A stretch of 64,000 bases of DNA from Nitrosospira sp. (lineage in GTDB: Bacteria > Pseudomonadota > Gammaproteobacteria > Burkholderiales > Nitrosomonadaceae). This document shows, piece after piece, positions 31,303-40,013 of this stretch. The DNA lies in NCBI GenBank assembly GCA_043721435.1, contig JAYSQR010000038.1, positions 7,629 through 71,628 on the forward strand, read 5' to 3'. A model generated the notes under the pieces. That model was given only the letters and a program-made list of their open reading frames with translations, was not told the origin of the DNA and did no database searches. Positions within the stretch are counted from its first letter, which is position 1, and every line of letters begins with the position of its first letter. The translations under genes were made by a program, and so were the position numbers.

Positions 31303-32804
31303 GTGAAGCTGGTTTCCCGCTGCTGAGCCTAGCCATTCTGTTGCCGCTGCTCGGTGCTCTTGCAGTCGGGATCACCCGCGACATAAAGCTGGCCAAGGGG
31401 ATTGCGCTGGCAATCGCCGGTTGCGAACTGTTGCTGACGCTGCTGATAGTGCAGTCGTTCAACGCCGGTAGCGGCAGTTTCCAACTGGTCGAAAAGTATC
31501 CCTGGATACCGTTCCTGAATATCGATTATCTGGTCGGTGTTGATGGCATCTCAGTATTGTTCCTGCCAATGTCAGCGTTATTGACGCTGACAACGATCAT
31601 TGCTTCGTGGAATTCGATACAGCATAACCCCCGCTTTCATTTTGCGTTATTGCTGGCATTGGAAGGAATCACCATCGGGGTGTTTACTTCACTGGATACG
31701 GTGTTGTTCTTTTTGTTCTGGGAACTGACGCTGCCGCCATTCTTCTTTTTAATCGGTTTATGGGGCATCGGTTCGCAACGCCGTGGTGCGGCAATGAAAT
31801 ACACGCTGTTTATGTTGTTTGGCGGGGTGCCGCTATTGCTTGCTTTCATCATACTGGCGATTAATCATGCCACTGTGGCGGGTGGAGTCATTCCCCATGC
31901 GCTCTCCTTCAGTTTGCCGGTCCTGCTGGAAACGCCCTTGCCAGATAATTTACAGATACTGGTTTTCTTGTTGCTACTGCTTGGCTTCGGTGTCAAAGCA
32001 CCTCTGGTTCCCTTTCATACCTGGTTGCCGACTGCCGCAATGGAAGGTCCGGTACACGTAACGGCGATACTGACCGGTCTGAAGCTGGGCGCTTACGGTA
32101 TCTTGCGTTTTGCCATGCCATTAGCCCCTGCTGCGGCTGTCGAATACAGTTGGATACTGGGCATTCTGGGTACGGTTACGCTTATATATGGTGCGCTGAT
32201 TGCTTTGCAACAGACTAATCTGCGCCGTCTGCTGGCTTACGCCAGTATCAGCCACGTCGGTCTGGTCGTGGTTGGTATCGCGTCCTTGAATATACAGGGT
32301 CTGCAGGGTGCGGTTTTTCAATTGCTCAACTTCTCTTTGGTGGCCAGTTCACTGATACTGATTGTCGGCATGATTCAACACCGCCTGGGCAGTACCGAGA
32401 TTATCCATTTGGGTGGCTTGGCCAAAGTGATGCCACGGCTGACCTGTTTCTACTTCCTGTTTACCCTGGCGAGTATCGGGGTACCGGGAACCAACGGGTT
32501 TCCCGCTGAACTGATGTTGATTATCGGTGCATTGAAAGCCCACTCCAGTCTGGGAGTTGCCGCGCTGGTCGGCGCAGTCCTCGGTGCTGCATACATGCTG
32601 TCCTATATCCGCCGTGCCTTTTTTGGTCCGATCACGCAATCCGTTGTCAGTCAGGCGCAGGATTTATACCCGCGAGAACTGGCTCTGTTATGTGTTCCTG
32701 CCTTGCTGGTTCTGGTGTTTGGGTTTTTCCCGGACAGTGTGCTGCATATCAATCAAATGGCGTCGGAAGTATGGTTGTCGCGGATACTTAATCCAGCTCC
32801 TTAG
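31299..32804 (+). CDS. NuoM/NdhD-type antiporter-like subunit (copy 3)
   Basis: FFLFWELTLPPFFFLIGLWG and GFGVKAPLVPFHTWLPTAAMEGPVHVTAILTGLKLGAYG. ATGA overlap with the preceding gene. Confidence 0.9.
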   Translation: MSEAGFPLLSLAILLPLLGALAVGITRDIKLAKGIALAIAGCELLLTLLIVQSFNAGSGSFQLVEKYPWIPFLNIDYLVGVDGISVLFLPMSALLTLTTIIASWNSIQHNPRFHFALLLALEGITIGVFTSLDTVLFFLFWELTLPPFFFLIGLWGIGSQRRGAAMKYTLFMLFGGVPLLLAFIILAINHATVAGGVIPHALSFSLPVLLETPLPDNLQILVFLLLLLGFGVKAPLVPFHTWLPTAAMEGPVHVTAILTGLKLGAYGILRFAMPLAPAAAVEYSWILGILGTVTLIYGALIALQQTNLRRLLAYASISHVGLVVVGIASLNIQGLQGAVFQLLNFSLVASSLILIVGMIQHRLGSTEIIHLGGLAKVMPRLTCFYFLFTLASIGVPGTNGFPAELMLIIGALKAHSSLGVAALVGAVLGAAYMLSYIRRAFFGPITQSVVSQAQDLYPRELALLCVPALLVLVFGFFPDSVLHINQMASEVWLSRILNPAP

Positions 32805-32896
32805 GGCGTAACCGTCAGTAGCCTTTTTGTCCCACAGCTCTTTTCTTTTGGGTTCTACATTCGTTATAATATTGTAACTAACATGGAGATAACCGT

Positions 32897-33967
32897 ATGA
32901 ATACCGGAACTGATTACCTGCTTGATTTGAATGCACGCCACTCGCGGGCTTTTATTGATTTGGCCATGGAGCGCCGCAGATACCGGGGCGAACATCCCAC
33001 TGAAATAGCGGCGCTTAAATGCATGGATGGCAGGCTTAACCTGTCGGTCATGACACGAACCGCAGTCGGGATCATTCAACCTTTTCGCAATCTGGGTGGC
33101 AAGTTTGATCTGGGCTGGCCCTTCTTCCAGGCAACTCTGGATCAATGGGCGCAGTACTCCATCGGCCGCGGCAGGTGCTGCCTGATCTTTGTGACCTATC
33201 ATTTTGCGCGCGGGGATACTCATCGTGGTTGCAGGGGATTCAATTACGATACCAATGCTGCCAGAGACACGGCTATAAAACTCAAGAATCAGTTTGAGCG
33301 TATTTATGGCAAGGGTGCCGTGGTGCCCATTGTGTGCGGGATTGAGACTGACCTTGATGCCTTGATCCTGCACGGCGAAGATGGTCGTGTTGTTGATCTG
33401 GCCGAAGTAAAGGAAGACTTATCCGGACTCGAATTGGAAGGTTTGCTGCGTTCGCTGTACCCCTCAATGCCGGAACGGATTCTCAAGGATATGATCCCGC
33501 TGGTTGAAGGAAACATCAAACACTCCCGAAAGATCCGCGCTTCCAACAGGCCGATCGAGGATGCCGAACACAAGGAATGGGTCTTGGGAGTGGGGCGCGG
33601 CTTTGACTGGCTGCATGCCATCAATACGGCTTTCATCGTCGGGCCGTTCGATCCGAATCTTTCTGATGCGATTGGAACTGCGGCCACACTGCTGAAAGGC
33701 AATATTGACGACGGCCGGGTTAACCCAAGCGGTATTGTGCTCATGACTTCGGCTGCTTACAGAGAAATTGGCCCCGAACGTGAACTGGCTAAAGAGAAAG
33801 CAAGATTCCTGAGCAAATTTGCGCTCGATGTTATCAAGGCCAAGGTTCCGGATCTGGTGCCTCACCTGAACATACTCACTGGATTCACTGATTTAAACAC
33901 TAGAAAATTCGAAGTGCTGGAGCGTCTGGACAAGGTTTCCAACCCGGTGGCTTACAAAGTCGCTTAG
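32897..33967 (+). CDS. uncharacterised 356-aa protein with beta-carbonic-anhydrase-like motifs
   Basis: KCMDGRLN (C42-x-D44-x-R46; TGC at 33020), GIIQPFRNLGG (compare GxxFVxRNxxN of beta-CAs), and THRGCRG (H109-x-x-C112; CAT at 33221). About 150 aa of unrecognised C-terminal region. Own SD (GGAGA) and a TATAAT box in the 92-nt upstream spacer. Confidence 0.6.
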   Translation: MNTGTDYLLDLNARHSRAFIDLAMERRRYRGEHPTEIAALKCMDGRLNLSVMTRTAVGIIQPFRNLGGKFDLGWPFFQATLDQWAQYSIGRGRCCLIFVTYHFARGDTHRGCRGFNYDTNAARDTAIKLKNQFERIYGKGAVVPIVCGIETDLDALILHGEDGRVVDLAEVKEDLSGLELEGLLRSLYPSMPERILKDMIPLVEGNIKHSRKIRASNRPIEDAEHKEWVLGVGRGFDWLHAINTAFIVGPFDPNLSDAIGTAATLLKGNIDDGRVNPSGIVLMTSAAYREIGPERELAKEKARFLSKFALDVIKAKVPDLVPHLNILTGFTDLNTRKFEVLERLDKVSNPVAYKVA

Positions 33968-34159
33968 TAGGCACCGCTTTTTTGTTTCGTTCACGCCAGA
34001 TTCGCGCCGCATCGCGGCATAGGCTGAATTCCTATCCGCCGTGAGCAAGCCATCGCAGCAAAAATAGATGGTTGCAGATTGCCCACTTGACGGCGGAGGT
34101 TACGTCATCTATGAAATTAACAGGAAGCGTTCAATTCAGAATTATTTCCGGAGGAAGCC

Positions 34160-34477
34160 ATGAATAACTCAATACCAATGAAACGATTCGAGATTGTTGT
34201 TGATGAAGAAAGGCTCAACGAGTTGATCGCGTTGCTGGGATCAACCGGTGTGCGTGGCTACACTTTCATCAAGCATACGGGCGGCCTCGGCTCGCGCGGC
34301 GAACGGCGTCCAGATGGCCTCTTTTTACAGGAAGAAAATGCCATGGTGATTCTCGCCTGCCAGGAAGAGCAGGCGCAGAAAGTGGTCGCGGCGCTACGTC
34401 CCAAGTTGAAGGAATTCGGCGGCATGTGCCTGATTTCGGACTGCCTCTGGGTTCAAGGACCTGCAGTTTCATATTAA
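34160..34477 (+). CDS. sbtB: SbtB-type PII-like signalling protein (copy 2)
   Basis: 105 aa, 97/105 residues identical to the product of 22565-22882. Strong SD GGAGGA 6 nt upstream. Confidence 0.8.
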   Translation: MNNSIPMKRFEIVVDEERLNELIALLGSTGVRGYTFIKHTGGLGSRGERRPDGLFLQEENAMVILACQEEQAQKVVAALRPKLKEFGGMCLISDCLWVQGPAVSY

Positions 34478-34730
34478 CCTGGTTTTTTACTCAAATTCCC
34501 CAGCCGTTCGACAAAACAGGGGCTGGAACCTATCTGTCTGGCAGTATTCATTGCAACCGACTTCCCGGTAGAGCCGGGTAGCGTCACGACTCACCGTACA
34601 CCGCACTGTGGATGCGACGCTCCTGCCCTGTTCTATTCTTCTTGAGACCCTGTGATTATGGCTTAAGCTAGCAACATTTATTGTTCGATATCGTCGTGTT
34701 CTCGGCGAATATCTAGGTGAGGATTTTCTG

Positions 34731-37280
34731 GTGAATTTCACGAGATCAAAAGACTCGCCGTGGTGGGCGCGCAGTGTCGAAGAGACAGCCCAGGATATCG
34801 GCGCATCGATTAATGGCCTTAGCACGGCCGAGGCGACTGAGCGGCTTAAACATTTTGGTGCCAACGCACTCGAGGATAATGGTGCACCTAGCGTTGTTTC
34901 CTTACTGTTGCGACAGTTTGGCTCTCCCATTGTCCTGATCTTGATTGTCGCAGCGATTCTGTCGTTCGCGGTGCACGACCCGAGCGATGGGTTCATCATT
35001 CTCTTTATCGTTGCCGCCAGCGGTTTGCTGGGTTTCTGGCAGGAATTCCGTGCCGCGACGGTCGTCGCCAGCTTGCAGGAAATGGTCGAACTAAGTGCCA
35101 TGGTCATGCGCGATGGTGCGGCAACCAGCGTACCGCGGGATGAGGTGGTGCCAGGTGATGTTGTTCTCCTTTCCGCAGGTTCTGGCGTACCTGCAGATTG
35201 CCGCTTGTTGGAATTACGTGATCTGTTCGTCAACGAGGCGACCCTGACTGGAGAGACATTCCCGGTCGAGAAGATTGCGGCTGATTTGCCGGCAGACACG
35301 CCGCTGGCACACCGCACCAATGCGCTGTTCCAGGGCACCCATGTGGTCAGTGGGAATGGCCGGGCTCTGGTCATACGAACGGGCCGCAACACGGAGTTTG
35401 GTGCGATTGCACAGCAGTTACGGACTCGGCCGGAGGAATCTGATTTCGAGCGCGGAGTGCGTCAATTTGGCACACTGCTGATCCGGCTGACGTTGATCCT
35501 CGTGATCCTGATCTTTGCCTTCAACGTCCTGTTGCAGCGGCCGGTCCTCGATTCGTTCCTGTTCGCGCTGGCGCTCGCTGTCGGCCTGACCCCAGAATTG
35601 CTGCCGGCGATCATCAGCGTAAATCTGGCCAGTGGGGCTCGCCGGATGGCTGCCAAGAAAGTCATCGTTAAACGACTCGTTTCGATCGAGAACTTTGGCA
35701 GCATGGACGTGCTGTGCTCGGACAAGACGGGCACGCTTACAGAAGGCAAGGTCAGCCTGGAAGGCGCGCTGGATGCAGAAGGGAATCCAAGCGAGCGTAC
35801 GCTACGGCTGGCAGCAATCAATGCGGCATTCCAAACTGGATTTAACAACCCGATTGACGATGCCATCACGGTGGGGGCCGATCACGGGACTTTCGGCGCA
35901 GTGCGTCTTGACGAGATACCGTACGATTTCACACGCAAACGTCTGAGTGTGCTGGCGGCCATTGATGGACAAGCCGTACTCGTGACCAAGGGAGCGCTGT
36001 CACAGATGATCGATGCGTGTGTTACGGTGCAACTGGCCGACGGCCGAATTGTTCCCATTATGGGGCAGGAGCAGGCGATCCTTGAGCGCTATGCCGCGTT
36101 TAGTGCACGCGGGCTGCGCACGCTTGGAATTGCGGCAAAGTCATTGCCGGGGCGCTCCGCCGCCGGGCGAGAAGACGAGACAAATCTCACGTTTGTCGGC
36201 TTTTTGCTATTCGCGGATCCACCGAAAGCAGGGATTGCGGCAACGATCCTGGAGCTGCAAGGTCTTGGCATCGCGCTCAAGGTGATTACCGGGGACAATC
36301 AGTTGGTGGCGCGAGAAGTAGCCAGGCAGATCGGCCTGGTTGATGCGCGTATCGTGAGCGGGCAGGAACTGCGACAGGTAAGCGACGAGGCGCTGCCACA
36401 GTTGGCGCGGATGACAGACATTTTTGCCGAGGTTGAGCCGAACCAAAAAGAGCGCATCATCCGTGCACTCCGCAAGGCAGGCCACGTGGTTGGCTACCTG
36501 GGCGATGGCATCAACGATGCTCCAGCGCTGCACGCTGCGGACGTTGGCTTATCGGTTCAAGGCGCCGCAGATGTAGCGAAGGAAGCCGCCGACATCGTGT
36601 TGCTCGAGCCGGATCTCGCCGTGCTTGCTGCCGGTGTGCGTGCGGGCCGTGCAACCTTTGCGAATACCATGAAATACGTTTTCATGGCCACGAGCGCAAA
36701 CTTCGGCAACATGTTCAGCATGGCCGGCGCATCGCTTTTCCTGCCTTTTCTGCCGCTGCTGCCAAAGCAGATCCTGCTCACTAATTTGATGACTGACTTG
36801 CCGGAAATGGCCATCGCCACGGATCAGGTAGATACCGAATCGGTCGAGCAGCCCCAGCGCTGGGATATGGAATTCATCCGCGACTTCATGCTCAAGTTCG
36901 GGTTGCTCAGTTCTGTTTTCGACTTCCTCACATTTGGAGTGTTGTTCTTCATCCTGGAAGCCTCTCCCGAGCTATTTCGCAGCGGCTGGTTCGTCGAATC
37001 TGTCGTGTCGGCTGCGCTGGTTGTGCTCGTCATTCGAACTCGCGGGCCATTCTGGAGGAGCAGGCCGTCCACGGCACTGACGCTGGCGACGCTGACTGTA
37101 GCCGCTGCCGCAGTCGCGCTCCCGTATACGCCGCTTGGCAACCTGTTTGGCTTTGTGCCGCTTCCGCCCCTTTTTCTCGGACTCATGGGGCTGATTGTGC
37201 TGGGGTACATCGGCTCAGCCGAAATCCTGAAGCAAACGTTCTACCGGCAGTACGAAAAAGGGAGTCGGGCTGCGGCCTAG
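34731..37280 (+). CDS. mgtA: P-type ATPase, MgtA-like magnesium-translocating type
   Basis: TGE-type motif (ATLTGETFPVEK), phosphorylation site CSDKTGTLTEG, hinge GDGINDAPAL, and GWFVESVVS...LVIRT, which is typical of MgtA-type C-terminal TMs. GTG start with AGGTGAGGA upstream. Confidence 0.85.
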   Translation: MNFTRSKDSPWWARSVEETAQDIGASINGLSTAEATERLKHFGANALEDNGAPSVVSLLLRQFGSPIVLILIVAAILSFAVHDPSDGFIILFIVAASGLLGFWQEFRAATVVASLQEMVELSAMVMRDGAATSVPRDEVVPGDVVLLSAGSGVPADCRLLELRDLFVNEATLTGETFPVEKIAADLPADTPLAHRTNALFQGTHVVSGNGRALVIRTGRNTEFGAIAQQLRTRPEESDFERGVRQFGTLLIRLTLILVILIFAFNVLLQRPVLDSFLFALALAVGLTPELLPAIISVNLASGARRMAAKKVIVKRLVSIENFGSMDVLCSDKTGTLTEGKVSLEGALDAEGNPSERTLRLAAINAAFQTGFNNPIDDAITVGADHGTFGAVRLDEIPYDFTRKRLSVLAAIDGQAVLVTKGALSQMIDACVTVQLADGRIVPIMGQEQAILERYAAFSARGLRTLGIAAKSLPGRSAAGREDETNLTFVGFLLFADPPKAGIAATILELQGLGIALKVITGDNQLVAREVARQIGLVDARIVSGQELRQVSDEALPQLARMTDIFAEVEPNQKERIIRALRKAGHVVGYLGDGINDAPALHAADVGLSVQGAADVAKEAADIVLLEPDLAVLAAGVRAGRATFANTMKYVFMATSANFGNMFSMAGASLFLPFLPLLPKQILLTNLMTDLPEMAIATDQVDTESVEQPQRWDMEFIRDFMLKFGLLSSVFDFLTFGVLFFILEASPELFRSGWFVESVVSAALVVLVIRTRGPFWRSRPSTALTLATLTVAAAAVALPYTPLGNLFGFVPLPPLFLGLMGLIVLGYIGSAEILKQTFYRQYEKGSRAAA

Positions 37281-37321
37281 CAGGCTGTTGCCTCTGGCTG
37301 CTATTCAGCCAACGCTGGCCC

Positions 37322-38239
37322 TCATTTCCGCGACGCATTCCCCAGTGATGCTGCCAGTTTCCGGTAGAAAGCAAGGCGCCGTGCGTTGATTTCCCCTGCT
37401 TCTGTCGCCTGCGCCAGCGCGCATCCGGGTTCGCCGGTGTGCCGGCAATTGCTGAATCTGCATTGCCCGAGGTAGGGGTGAAATTCGATGAATCCCCACG
37501 CCAAATCCGCTTCGTCAATATGATGCAGACCGAATTCCTGCATACCGGGGGAATCGATCAGGCGACTATTCTGATCGAGGTGGTAGAGCCGCGCGTGGGT
37601 GGTGGTGTGACGTCCAGTATCAAGTGCGACGGAAATCTCTGCAGTGGCACGTTCTGCAGCCGGGATGAGCGCATTGATGAGGGTGGATTTGCCCATGCCT
37701 GATTGTCCTACCAGCACACTGAGCTGGCCTTGCAGATACGGCAGCAGCGGTGTGACATCTGCCTTGGCGCTGAGCTGCAGCAGCGGATAACCCAGTTCCC
37801 GGTAAAGCAGGAGAGAAGCGGCGGCAGCACGCGTGGGATCAGCGAGGTCAGCCTTGTTGAGCACGATCAACGCTTTGATATGCTGGCTTTCGGCAGCGGC
37901 GAGGCAACGGTTCACCAGTTCTTCACTGAAGCTGGGAACGGCGGCTACCACGATGATGACCTGGGTGACGTTGGCGGCGATCAGTTTTTCGCGGAAAGCG
38001 TCACTGCGATACAGTAGCGCGGTACGTGGCAGAATGGTTTCGATTACACCTTGTCCGGGTGTGGTGGGCTGAATCAGCACCTGGTCGCCGCATGCCGCAC
38101 CGCCTTTCTTGCCGCGCATCACGCAGGACCGGGTTACCTCGCTTGCGGTTTCAACCAGATAATGCCGACCGAATGCGGCGACTATCTGTCCTGCAACAGG
38201 TGAGGGTGAAACAGACGGGGAGTTGCGGGCCGGACTCAA
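37322..38239 (-). CDS. rsgA: ribosome small-subunit-dependent GTPase A
   Basis: OB-fold N-terminus (GQIVAAFGRHYLVE), circularly permuted GTPase (NKADL...GQSGMGKSTLIN), and a C-terminal zinc knuckle (CRFSNCRHTGEPGC). The ORF track extends to 38272. The TTG at 38239 would form a TTGA overlap with the phhB stop. The start is uncertain. Confidence 0.9.
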   Translation of the reverse strand: MSPARNSPSVSPSPVAGQIVAAFGRHYLVETASEVTRSCVMRGKKGGAACGDQVLIQPTTPGQGVIETILPRTALLYRSDAFREKLIAANVTQVIIVVAAVPSFSEELVNRCLAAAESQHIKALIVLNKADLADPTRAAAASLLLYRELGYPLLQLSAKADVTPLLPYLQGQLSVLVGQSGMGKSTLINALIPAAERATAEISVALDTGRHTTTHARLYHLDQNSRLIDSPGMQEFGLHHIDEADLAWGFIEFHPYLGQCRFSNCRHTGEPGCALAQATEAGEINARRLAFYRKLAASLGNASRK

Positions 38240-38577
38240 ATCTTGAACAGGGCATCGACCTTCGCCGCGCAAATGAAATCATTCTCGGACAGTCCATTGA
38301 CGGCGTGAGTGGTGTATTCCACGCGGCATTTATTGTAGCCGACGGTGATGTCCGGGTGATGATCCTCGCGGTGCGAAACCCATGCGACCGCATTGACGAA
38401 CGCCATGGTCTGATAATAATTCTTGAAATCGTAAGTTTTCCAGATTCGCTGGTCGAGAAGCTGCCAGCCCTCAAGCTGAGGCAGCAGCGTGGTGATTTCG
38501 CTGGGCGTGAGCGGCGGCATACCGCCTTCGCAGGGTTTGCATTGTTTGGTTGCGAGATCACAGACGGAAGTATTCAT
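38236..38577 (-). CDS. phhB: pterin-4-alpha-carbinolamine dehydratase
   Basis: 113 aa. FKNYYQTMAFVNAVAWVSHREDHHPDI is the PCD signature. Confidence 0.9.
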   Translation of the reverse strand: MNTSVCDLATKQCKPCEGGMPPLTPSEITTLLPQLEGWQLLDQRIWKTYDFKNYYQTMAFVNAVAWVSHREDHHPDITVGYNKCRVEYTTHAVNGLSENDFICAAKVDALFKI

Positions 38578-38623
38578 TGTTTCTCTCCTTTGTAAGGTGG
38601 AGGAACGGGTCGAGATTTCTGCG

Positions 38624-39913
38624 TCAATTATGCGCCAGGTTCTGCAGCCGCGCTATCCTTAACGCAGCAGGCGGATGAGAGTCATAAAATGCCGAATGCA
38701 GTGGGTCGGGAGTGAGCGTTGCGGCATTGTCCTGGTAGAGTTTTACCAATGCCCGGATGAGATCGGTGGCAGAGGCTTTGTGTGCGGCGTATTCGTCAGC
38801 TTCAAATTCGTGCTTGCGCGAATACAGGCTGGCCAGAGGCTGCAACAGGAACGTAAACACGGGCATCGCCAGGAAAAACAGCAATAGTGCCATTGCGGTT
38901 GAAGGTACGGCCGCAACGGTCACGCCCAATCCCTGATAGAACCAGTCCTGCTGCATCAGGTAGCCCAGTCCCCACAGGAACACCAGGCTCATGGCGAAAG
39001 TCCAGACGATGCGTTTCATGACGTGGCGGCGCTTGAAATGTCCCAGTTCATGCGCCAGCACTGCTTCGATTTCGGGTGCGTCGAGACGCGAAAGTAAAGT
39101 GTCGAAGAAAACGATACGCTTGGTTTTGCCGAAGCCGGTGAAATAAGCGTTGCCGTGACTGCTGCGGCGCGAGCCGTCCATCACGAACAGCCCGCTGGAT
39201 TCGAAGCCGCATTTTTGCAGCAGTTGTTCGATACGCGCCTTGAGCGTAGCATCTGCCAGCGGCGTGAACTTGTTGAATAACGGCGCAATCCAGGTGGGGT
39301 AGATAGCCAGAACCAGCAGGTTGAATGCCATCCACGCGAACCAGACGTAGAGCCACCAGTGCGCACCCATCTCCGCCATCAGCCACAGTACCCCGAATAA
39401 CAGCGGTATGCCGAGCAGCATGCCCAACGCAGTCTGCTTGATGAGATCGGCAAAGAACATGGCGGGCGTCATTTTATTGAAGCCGAATTGTTGTTCGATG
39501 ACAAACGTGCGATAGTAAGTCAAGGGGATTTCTACTACACTCATCAGCAGCATGGTGCTGATGATCAGCGCTATGCCGTGGGTTATCGGGTAATTTGCTG
39601 AACTGCCGTCGAGCGGTATCGGGACACCCAGCCAGTCTGACCAGAAAGCGGCCAGAGCATTCAACCCGCCGCCGAGGGTAAGAGCCAGTAGCAATGCCGC
39701 TTCCAGAAATATGTTGAGATAACCGAGACGGGTTTTTGCGCAAGTATAGTCGGCTGCTTTCTGGTGCGCCGCCAGATCGATTTGCGCGGAAAAGTTGTCG
39801 GGCACGCTGGCGCGGTGGGCGCGGATATGGCGGATGTGCCGCGTTGCGAGCCACATGCGCACACAGGTGGTGAGCAGCAGGGCGGCAACAAAGACGGCAG
39901 TGAAGATTTGCAT
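38624..39913 (-). CDS. M48-family zinc metalloprotease (Ste24/HtpX-like, with N-terminal membrane domain)
   Basis: HELGHFKRRH (HExxH), a downstream EFEADEYA glutamate, and multiple TMs. I prefer the start at MQIFTAVF (39913) over the ORF-track 39979. Confidence 0.85.
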   Translation of the reverse strand: MQIFTAVFVAALLLTTCVRMWLATRHIRHIRAHRASVPDNFSAQIDLAAHQKAADYTCAKTRLGYLNIFLEAALLLALTLGGGLNALAAFWSDWLGVPIPLDGSSANYPITHGIALIISTMLLMSVVEIPLTYYRTFVIEQQFGFNKMTPAMFFADLIKQTALGMLLGIPLLFGVLWLMAEMGAHWWLYVWFAWMAFNLLVLAIYPTWIAPLFNKFTPLADATLKARIEQLLQKCGFESSGLFVMDGSRRSSHGNAYFTGFGKTKRIVFFDTLLSRLDAPEIEAVLAHELGHFKRRHVMKRIVWTFAMSLVFLWGLGYLMQQDWFYQGLGVTVAAVPSTAMALLLFFLAMPVFTFLLQPLASLYSRKHEFEADEYAAHKASATDLIRALVKLYQDNAATLTPDPLHSAFYDSHPPAALRIARLQNLAHN

Positions 39914-40013
39914 GGACAATTGAGACCAGAGGTTAGCAACGGGCAGTGAGCGTGACGGACTGCCAGCGGTATGACACAATTACACCCTGAAAATTCAGGG
40001 GAAGGGTCGGATT

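Noticed and set aside
23372-32804. Reading the four PF00361-like genes as part of a respiratory complex I (nuo) operon or an Mrp antiporter operon
   Set aside because: The window has no nuoA/H/J/K, no peripheral-arm genes (nuoB-I), and no small Mrp subunits (MrpB/C/E/F/G). A DUF2309/DabA-like gene is inserted between the first M-type gene and the L-type gene, with gaps of 9 nt or less. The L-type protein (522 aa) is too short to carry the NuoL lateral helix.
34487-35392. 301-aa ORF on the minus strand
   Set aside because: It is S/R/T/A-rich and of low complexity. It is antisense to the 5-prime part of the MgtA-like gene and its leader. No SD.
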